Translations under genes and position numbers: made by a program
Source of the DNA: Candidatus Saccharimonadota bacterium
GTDB lineage: Bacteria > Bacteroidota > Bacteroidia > Flavobacteriales > Blattabacteriaceae
NCBI RefSeq assembly: GCF_964030875.1
Contig: NZ_OZ034981.1
Location: 240,001-272,000, forward strand
Direction of reading: 5' to 3'
Length of the DNA: 32,000 nt
The notes under the pieces: generated by a model
Seen by the model: only the letters and a program-made list of their open reading frames with translations
Told to the model about the DNA's origin: nothing
Database searches by the model: none
Shown here: positions 25,761 through 32,000 of the stretch, piece after piece
How the letters are laid out: each line of letters begins with the position of its first letter
Numbering within the stretch: the first letter of the stretch is position 1

Positions 25761-26762
25761 ATGAAGAAAATTACTCAAAATGATTATTTGCAATGGTTTA
25801 CTGATATGTTTTTTTGGAGAAGTTTTGAAGACAAATGTCGTTCTCTATATTTAAAACAAAAAATAAGAGGTTTTTTGCACTTATATAATGGACAGGAAGC
25901 CATTCCTGCTGGATTAATGTATGCTATGGATCTTAGTAAAGATAGGATGATTACTGCTTATAGATGTCATGTATTGTCTATGTCTATGGGGGTGGATCCT
26001 AAAAGTATTATGGCTGAACTTTGTGGAAAAGTAACTGGAACCTCCAAGGGTATGGGAGGTTCTATGCATATTTTTAGCAAAAAACATCGGTTTTATGGAG
26101 GACATGGTATTGTTGGAGGACAGATTCCACTAGGAGCGGGAATAGCCTTTGCGGATAAATATTTCAACAGAGACTCAGTCACCGTTACTCTAATGGGCGA
26201 CGGGGCCGTTCGTCAAGGTGCGCTCCATGAAACATTTAATTTATCTATGATTTGGAAACTACCGGTAGTGTTTATCTGCGAAAATAATGACTATGCTATG
26301 GGGACTTCCGTAAAAAGGACCACGAATGTACAAAATATTTACCAGATTGGCATAGCATATGATATGCCCTCAGAACAGATAGATGGAATGGATCCAGCGA
26401 TAGTAGCTGAAAAAACGTACAAAGCTATTGAAAAAGCACGTTCCGGAGAGGGACCAACGTTTTTGGAAATTAAAACCTATAGATTTAGAGGACATTCCAT
26501 GTCAGATGGAGAATCTTATAGAAACAAAAACGAAATTGAGGAGTCTAAAAAAAGAGACCCGATTTTAAAAGTCAGATCCGTTTTATTGAAAAAAAAGTGG
26601 GCTGATGAAAATAAGCTTAAAGCTATAGAAGCACAAGTTAAGAAAGATGTAGAAGAATGCGCCCGATTTGCTGAACGTTCTGATTTTCCTCCTATTGAGC
26701 AAATGTATGAAGTAGTGTATAATCAAAAAGATTATCCTTTTTGGTTAAAAGATCCAGACTGA
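25761..26762 (+). CDS. pdhA: Pyruvate dehydrogenase E1 component, alpha subunit
   Basis: 333 aa with a TPP-binding region (GDGAVRQGALHETFNLSMIWKLPVVFICENNDYAMGTS) and YRFRGHSMSD. Confidence 0.9.
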   Translation: MKKITQNDYLQWFTDMFFWRSFEDKCRSLYLKQKIRGFLHLYNGQEAIPAGLMYAMDLSKDRMITAYRCHVLSMSMGVDPKSIMAELCGKVTGTSKGMGGSMHIFSKKHRFYGGHGIVGGQIPLGAGIAFADKYFNRDSVTVTLMGDGAVRQGALHETFNLSMIWKLPVVFICENNDYAMGTSVKRTTNVQNIYQIGIAYDMPSEQIDGMDPAIVAEKTYKAIEKARSGEGPTFLEIKTYRFRGHSMSDGESYRNKNEIEESKKRDPILKVRSVLLKKKWADENKLKAIEAQVKKDVEECARFAERSDFPPIEQMYEVVYNQKDYPFWLKDPD

Positions 26763-26778
26763 AAAATAAAAAAATAAT

Positions 26779-27882
26779 ATGGTAGAATTAATCACTATGC
26801 CTCGTTTAAGTGATACTATGGAGGAAGGCACTGTAGTAAAATGGTATAAAAAACTGGGAGATAAAGTATCCGAAGGAGATTTACTTGCTGAAATAGAAAC
26901 GGATAAAGCTGTTCAAGAATTCGAATCTGAATATAACGGATATCTTCTATACATTGGTATTCCAGAAGGTCAAAGTGCTACCGTAGACAGTGTATTGGCT
27001 GTTATAGGCCCTACTGATGTAAAACCCGTATACCACAAGGAAAAAACTAATAAGAAAAGGATTTTCTCTTCTCCATTAGCTAGAAAAATTGCACGAGAAA
27101 AATCTATTTCACTTTCAAAAATAAAAGGAAGTGGTGAAAACGGTCGTATAATAAAAAGAGATTTAGATAGTTATCTTGAAAAGCCCCAAAAAGTAACTAC
27201 TCCTGTCCGAGAAGTTATGCTTTCCCCTATGCGAAAAGTCATTGCAAATAGATTGGTTGAATCGAAGTTTACAGCCCCGCACTATTATTTAATGATAGAA
27301 GTAGATATGAAAAATACTGTACAATATCGTAAAGTTATTAACGAAAATTTAAAATATATTAAAATCTCTTTTAATGATTTTATAATCAAGGCATCTGCCA
27401 TGGCTCTCAGAGAACACCCCAAAATTAATTCTACGTGGAAAGAGGATCAAATTATTTATCACGATAATATTAACATAGGAATAGCTGTTGCCTCAGAAGA
27501 AAGTCTGTTCGTTCCGGTAATTTTACAAGCTGATAAAAAAATGTTACGTCAAATTTCAGTAGAAGCAAAAGACAAATATAGCCGTGCCAGAGAAAGAAAA
27601 ATACAATCAAAAGAAATGGAAGGAAGTACTTTTACCATTTCTAATTTAGGAATGTTCGGTATAGAAATATTCACTTCTATTATTAATCAACCTAATTCCT
27701 GTATTCTTTCTGTAGGAACTATTTTGGAAAAACCCGTTATAAAAAACGGTAAAATTGTTACTGGAAATATTATGAAACTTAGCTTAGCATGCGATCATCG
27801 GACAATAGATGGTGCTACAGGCAGTGCGTATTTGCGCACGCTTAAACAGTTTCTAGAAAATCCGATTATGATGATTGTTTAA
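26779..27882 (+). CDS. pdhC: Dihydrolipoamide acetyltransferase (PDH E2)
   Basis: 367 aa. It has one lipoyl domain (ITMPRLSDTMEEG...EIETDKA), a peripheral-subunit-binding domain (SSPLARKIAREKSISLSKIKGSGENGRIIKRDL) and a catalytic domain with DHRTIDGA. Confidence 0.9.
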   Translation: MVELITMPRLSDTMEEGTVVKWYKKLGDKVSEGDLLAEIETDKAVQEFESEYNGYLLYIGIPEGQSATVDSVLAVIGPTDVKPVYHKEKTNKKRIFSSPLARKIAREKSISLSKIKGSGENGRIIKRDLDSYLEKPQKVTTPVREVMLSPMRKVIANRLVESKFTAPHYYLMIEVDMKNTVQYRKVINENLKYIKISFNDFIIKASAMALREHPKINSTWKEDQIIYHDNINIGIAVASEESLFVPVILQADKKMLRQISVEAKDKYSRARERKIQSKEMEGSTFTISNLGMFGIEIFTSIINQPNSCILSVGTILEKPVIKNGKIVTGNIMKLSLACDHRTIDGATGSAYLRTLKQFLENPIMMIV

Positions 27883-27944
27883 AATATTTACTGTTCAATG
27901 ATTAAAAAAAATAGTTAATGCAACTTTTATTTATAAATTTTTTA

Positions 27945-27962
27945 TACTTCTTGTACTTCTTG
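27945..27962. repeat. 9-bp tandem duplication tacttcttg, two copies (plus a partial ta)
   Basis: Read directly in the E2/rpsA convergent spacer. Confidence 0.8.
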
Positions 27963-28154
27963 TAGCCTTTTTAATTTTTGGCCATACAGAGCACGCTAAA
28001 AAAATATCCGTTATTTTCATAATGTTACTCAAGAAATGCAACGGGCAATATGGGAAGTTCCTGAGAAAAGCCCATATAATACAGTAAGTAAGGAAACAAA
28101 ATAGAACGAAATCTATGAAAATTTATCCTGACCTGTTCAACGACATTGAGACAT

Positions 28155-29936
28155 TTATGTGGTTCTAAAATCGTTTTTATTTTTAAACTGTGACAACTCC
28201 CCTAGTAATGTCAACTTATCAACGTGTTGCTTCTTTGTTATTTTTTTAATATGTTTTTTCTCCTCTTCTTTAGAAAGAGAGATTGGAGAAATCACAATTT
28301 TTCTTAATTTGTTATGAAACTCTATGATTTTGCAATAAATTTTTTTATATTTTTTTACGGTTTCTTGTTCAAGAACACGCAAAGGCATGAATGCTTTAAC
28401 GTTTTTATCTTCCAATTGAACAGTAGCGCCCTTCTCTAAAAGATCTATAACTTTTCCGGGATGAATGCTTCCAACAATATATTTTTTTTCGTAATATTCC
28501 CAAGGATTTTTATTTATCTGTTTATGACCCATAATAATCCGTTTTTTGTTCTTATTCAACTCTAAAACTACAGTTTCTATAGAGTCTCCTATCTTGAATA
28601 GTTCTGAAGCATGTTTTATTTTTTTATACCATGATAAATCCGATTTATAAACCATCCCTTCTATATCTTTTTCAAGGTATACAGATACGCCGGAGTTCGT
28701 GAAACTCCGTATAATACGAGTGTGTTTTGATCCTACAGAATATTTTTTTTGGATATAAATCCATGGATCAGGTGTCAGCTGTTTCATTCCTAATGACATT
28801 TTTCTCTCGTTCCGATCTAACGTCAGTATAACGCATTCTACTGTATCATCTATTTTTACCAAATCCTTTGCTCTTCTCAACCGTAACCGGTTATCCCATG
28901 ACATTTCAGAAACGTGTAACAAAGCTTCTATTCCAGTAAAATTTTCTATTTCTACAAATGCACCATATTCAGTGATAGCTTTTATCTGACCTTTTACTCT
29001 ATCACCCACTTTGATATTTTCATTGAGACTATTCCATGGATGAGAAACAATTTGTTTCATTCCTAACTGAATGCGATTTTTTTCCTCATTGAAATTGAGG
29101 ATAACCACTTTTATTTCTTGATTTACTTTCAGAACTTCTGAAGGATGATTTATTCTTTTCCAAGAAATATCGGTATGATGTATCAAACCGTTTATCCCCC
29201 CCAGATCACAAAAAGCTCCATAGTTAGTAATATTTTTTACAGTAGCCAGAACTACTTTACCGGGCTTAAGGTCAGCCAGAAATTCTTTTTTTTGTTTTTC
29301 AATATCTTCTTCTATGAGTGCTTTATGAGATACTACCACATTTTTTAACTTCTCATTTATTTTAATAATTTTCAATTCCATTGTTTTATTATAGGAATCA
29401 GTAAAAAAAGCATCAAAATCAGAAAGTGGGTTATGAGAAATTTGAGAACCAGGCATAAAGGCTTCAATATGGGTCAGTATCTTTACAATCAGACCACCTT
29501 TAGTCCTTCCAATAATTTTTCCCGGAATAATCTCCTTTTTATTATAAGCTTCCTTAGCACGTTTCCAAGCAAGTAATATATTTGCTTTACGATGAGAAAG
29601 AATTAGTTGTCCTTTATATTCTCGTTTTTCCACCATAACATAAATTCGATCACCTACCTTAATATTAAGGTGGTCACGAAATTCGCTTAATGGAATAAGA
29701 CCTTCATATTTAAAATTTATATCTACTACAATCTCCTTGTCCAGTATTTTTGTAATCCTTCCTAGTAGGAGTTCATGTTCGTTTATATTGGTCAAATGCT
29801 CGTTATATAGGGCACTTATTTCTTCTTTTTTTACATTATTACCACAGTAGTCACTCCAGTCAAATTCTTCTAGAGGAACATTGGCATTGGAATCTGCGAT
29901 AATATTTTTTATTTCTGTTTCGGCCTGTACGTACAT
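28155..29936 (-). CDS. rpsA: 30S ribosomal protein S1
   Basis: 593 aa with six S1-type OB-fold repeats (for example GKVVLATVKNITNYGAFCDLGGINGLIHHTDISW and GDRVKGQIKAITEYGAFVEI). Confidence 0.92.
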   Translation of the reverse strand: MYVQAETEIKNIIADSNANVPLEEFDWSDYCGNNVKKEEISALYNEHLTNINEHELLLGRITKILDKEIVVDINFKYEGLIPLSEFRDHLNIKVGDRIYVMVEKREYKGQLILSHRKANILLAWKRAKEAYNKKEIIPGKIIGRTKGGLIVKILTHIEAFMPGSQISHNPLSDFDAFFTDSYNKTMELKIIKINEKLKNVVVSHKALIEEDIEKQKKEFLADLKPGKVVLATVKNITNYGAFCDLGGINGLIHHTDISWKRINHPSEVLKVNQEIKVVILNFNEEKNRIQLGMKQIVSHPWNSLNENIKVGDRVKGQIKAITEYGAFVEIENFTGIEALLHVSEMSWDNRLRLRRAKDLVKIDDTVECVILTLDRNERKMSLGMKQLTPDPWIYIQKKYSVGSKHTRIIRSFTNSGVSVYLEKDIEGMVYKSDLSWYKKIKHASELFKIGDSIETVVLELNKNKKRIIMGHKQINKNPWEYYEKKYIVGSIHPGKVIDLLEKGATVQLEDKNVKAFMPLRVLEQETVKKYKKIYCKIIEFHNKLRKIVISPISLSKEEEKKHIKKITKKQHVDKLTLLGELSQFKNKNDFRTT

Positions 29937-29990
29937 AATTTTTAAAGGATTTATCTCCTGATCCTATTGTAGATCAAGATTAAAAGTTAT

Positions 29991-32000
29991 TTATTGAATT
30001 TCTTTATTTTGCCCTACTTTGGCTACTGCTGCAATTTCATCACCCTCTCTGAGATTAATTAATCGAACTCCCTGTGTTGAACGGCCTATTAGACGTATAT
30101 CCGACACTGATATTCTTATAGTTATACCATATTTTGTGATGATCATCAAGTCGCTGGTATTATAAACGCTTGTAATAGAAATAAGTTTACCAGTTTTTTT
30201 AGTAATATTGATGGTTTTTACACCTTTTCCTCCACGGTTAGTTAGACGATAATTCTCCAAAAAAGAACGTTTACCATAACCTTTCTCTGAAACCACTAGT
30301 ATATCTTCTTTATTATCTGGTTTTACACAGACCATACCTATGACTTTGTCATCTTCCTCGCTCATACTAATACCCTTTACTCCACAAGCAATACGTCCCA
30401 TCGTCCGGACTTTTTTTTCCGAAAACCGAATCGCTTTTCCACTTTTTACTGCAATAAGTACTTCGCTGTTACCACTGGTAAGTTTCGCTTCCAAAAGAGT
30501 ATCCTTTTCTCGGATGGTAATGGCATTGATTCCGTTTCGTCTAGGCCTTGAATATTTTTTTAGGGGGGTTTTTTTAATAATTCCCGATTCAGTAACCATT
30601 ATAACATATCGGTTTTTTATATACTTTTCATCATCAAGATCTCCACTAAGAATATAAGCACATATTCTATCATCCTGAGAAAGACGAATCAAGTTTTGTA
30701 TAGCACGTCCCTTAGACGTTTTTGAACCTTCTGGAATTTCATAGACTCGTAGCCAGAAACACTTTCCTTTTTTAGTGAAAAAAAGTGTATACTGATGAGT
30801 GGTTGCTACGAACAAGTGTTCTAAAAAATCTTCTTCACGAGTTTTGGCTCCAATATTTCCGATTCCTCCACGTAATTGACGTTTATATTCTGAAAGTGGC
30901 GTTCGTTTTATATAGCCATTATGCGATATAGTCAATACTACATATTCATTCAGTATAAGATCTTTCATTGTTACCTCTTTTCCAGAGGATTCAACCATAG
31001 TTCTTCGATCATCTTTATATTTCTCCTTGATTTCTAGTAACTTATCTTTTATTATTTGCATCCGAATTGGTTCTTTATCAAGAATTTCTTTAAACCTTTC
31101 TACCTTTTTAGAGAGGTCATTGTATTCTTTTTCTAGTTTCTCACGTTCTAGAAACGTAAATCGTTGCAATCTCATATCAAGAATAGCTTTTACTTGAGTT
31201 TTCGTCAGTTTAAATTGCATTCTTAGTTTATCAGAAGCTTCATCAGGAGTTTTTGAACCTTTAATCAAGTCGACAGCTACATATAAATGACTTAAAGTCA
31301 AAAGCAATCCTTCTAAAATATGATATCTATCCTGTGCTTTTTTAAGGTCATATTGAGTACAACGAATAGTTACTTCATGACGATGATCTACAAAATAACG
31401 AATCATATCTTTTAGATTAATTTGCATCGGTTTTCCCATTACTAAAGCAACATTATTGATGTTAAATGATATTTGTAATGATGTCTCTTTAAAAAGATTA
31501 TTCAATACTATCTCAGGTACAGCATTTTGTTTTAATACATATACAATACGCAGACCTTCCCGATCGGATTCATCGCGAATGTTAGCTACTCCCTCTAATT
31601 TTCCTATTTTTATTAAATTGGAGGTCTTAACAATAAGGTCCACTTTATTTACTTGATAAGGTATCTCTTCTACAATAATACATTCTCTATGCTTAATTTT
31701 TTCTAATCGTGTCTTAGCACGTAAAATAATGCACCCACGTCCAGTCTTAAAAGCTTCTTTTACACCTTGATATCCATAAATAACGCCACCAGTGGGAAAA
31801 TCAGGTGCTTTTATGTATTGCATTAATTCATCTATACTTATCGCTGTATTGTCTATATAAGCACAAATCGCCTCAATGCATTCTTTTATATTATGTGGAG
31901 CTATATTAGTAGCCATTCCTACAGCGATCCCAGAAGACCCGTTTACTAACAAATTAGGAACACTTGCAGGTAAAACACTAGGTTCTTCTAATGAGTCATC
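29991..32000 (-). CDS. gyrA: DNA gyrase subunit A, partial (the N-terminal part lies beyond the window end)
   Basis: The minus frame stays open to nt 32000 and reads DDSLEEPSVLPASVPNLLVNGSSGIAVGMATNIAPHN. This is followed by the tower/coiled-coil region and the C-terminal beta-pinwheel repeats. The track ORF start at 31952 is an internal TTG (Leu) codon. Confidence 0.93.
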   Translation of the reverse strand, partial: DDSLEEPSVLPASVPNLLVNGSSGIAVGMATNIAPHNIKECIEAICAYIDNTAISIDELMQYIKAPDFPTGGVIYGYQGVKEAFKTGRGCIILRAKTRLEKIKHRECIIVEEIPYQVNKVDLIVKTSNLIKIGKLEGVANIRDESDREGLRIVYVLKQNAVPEIVLNNLFKETSLQISFNINNVALVMGKPMQINLKDMIRYFVDHRHEVTIRCTQYDLKKAQDRYHILEGLLLTLSHLYVAVDLIKGSKTPDEASDKLRMQFKLTKTQVKAILDMRLQRFTFLEREKLEKEYNDLSKKVERFKEILDKEPIRMQIIKDKLLEIKEKYKDDRRTMVESSGKEVTMKDLILNEYVVLTISHNGYIKRTPLSEYKRQLRGGIGNIGAKTREEDFLEHLFVATTHQYTLFFTKKGKCFWLRVYEIPEGSKTSKGRAIQNLIRLSQDDRICAYILSGDLDDEKYIKNRYVIMVTESGIIKKTPLKKYSRPRRNGINAITIREKDTLLEAKLTSGNSEVLIAVKSGKAIRFSEKKVRTMGRIACGVKGISMSEEDDKVIGMVCVKPDNKEDILVVSEKGYGKRSFLENYRLTNRGGKGVKTINITKKTGKLISITSVYNTSDLMIITKYGITIRISVSDIRLIGRSTQGVRLINLREGDEIAAVAKVGQNKEIQ

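Noticed and set aside
29937-29990. A short inverted repeat (tgatc…gatca) between gyrA and rpsA was considered as a terminator.
   Set aside because: The stem is only 5 bp and AT-rich, with no following U-tract on the transcribed (minus) strand. It is not distinguishable from chance.
105-31656. Numerous antisense or alternate-frame track ORFs sit inside well-supported genes. Examples are 105..314(-), 1717..1899(+), 2559..2807(-), 3660..3857(-), 4092..4289(-), 5152..5385(-), 5386..5694(-), 5911..6195(-), 7826..8041(-), 9030..9221(-), 14454..14669(-), 14743..14928(-), 15716..15952(+), 17171..17458(+), 23334..23564(-), 23467..23688(-), 24541..24735(-), 25914..26105(-), 29145..29348(+), 30340..30657(+) and 31456..31656(+).
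   Set aside because: Each lies wholly within a conserved gene in another frame or on the other strand. Their compositions are low-complexity and Phe/Ile/Ser/Leu-rich, typical of chance ORFs opposite AT-rich coding sequence. None has recognisable motifs.

Overview
This is a very AT-rich, tightly packed bacterial window. Its proteins and gene order look Bacteroidota/Flavobacteriales-like. It most resembles an obligate insect endosymbiont (Blattabacterium/Sulcia/Uzinura/Walczuchella-like), but I cannot name the organism from sequence alone. The standard genetic code fits, with no sign of UGA recoding.

Content, left to right:
- End of the spc operon plus the alpha operon: rpsH', rplF, rplR, rpsE, rpmD, rplO, secY, infA, rpmJ, rpsM, rpsK, rpsD, rpoA, rplQ.
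- valS, then thrS-infC-rpmI-rplT.
- def and ruvX (minus strand), dapD, a CCA-adding-enzyme-like gene, lipA (minus strand), and a COG1579-like coiled-coil protein.
- mnmA, dnaJ and grpE (minus strand), mnmE, tRNA-Lys(UUU) (minus strand), aroK, tilS.
- pdhA, the PDH E2 gene, rpsA (minus strand), and a 5'-truncated gyrA (minus strand).

I found no mobile element, CRISPR array, defence locus, toxin-antitoxin pair or other candidate novel multi-gene system.

The second-look material is ongoing gene erosion. Four gene relics and one frameshifted gene lie in 32 kb:
- an enolase relic wedged between rpoA and rplQ;
- a 3' stub of argS;
- a 5' stub of ffh;
- a shattered lpdA;
- mnmE, split at an A10 tract.

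Several still-open genes also show apparent loss of catalytic or metal-binding motifs (the CCA-enzyme head domain, the DnaJ zinc fingers). There are also short tandem duplications and an exact 24-nt direct repeat bracketing mnmA. All homology statements come from reading translations by eye against remembered family consensus motifs. No database search was run.
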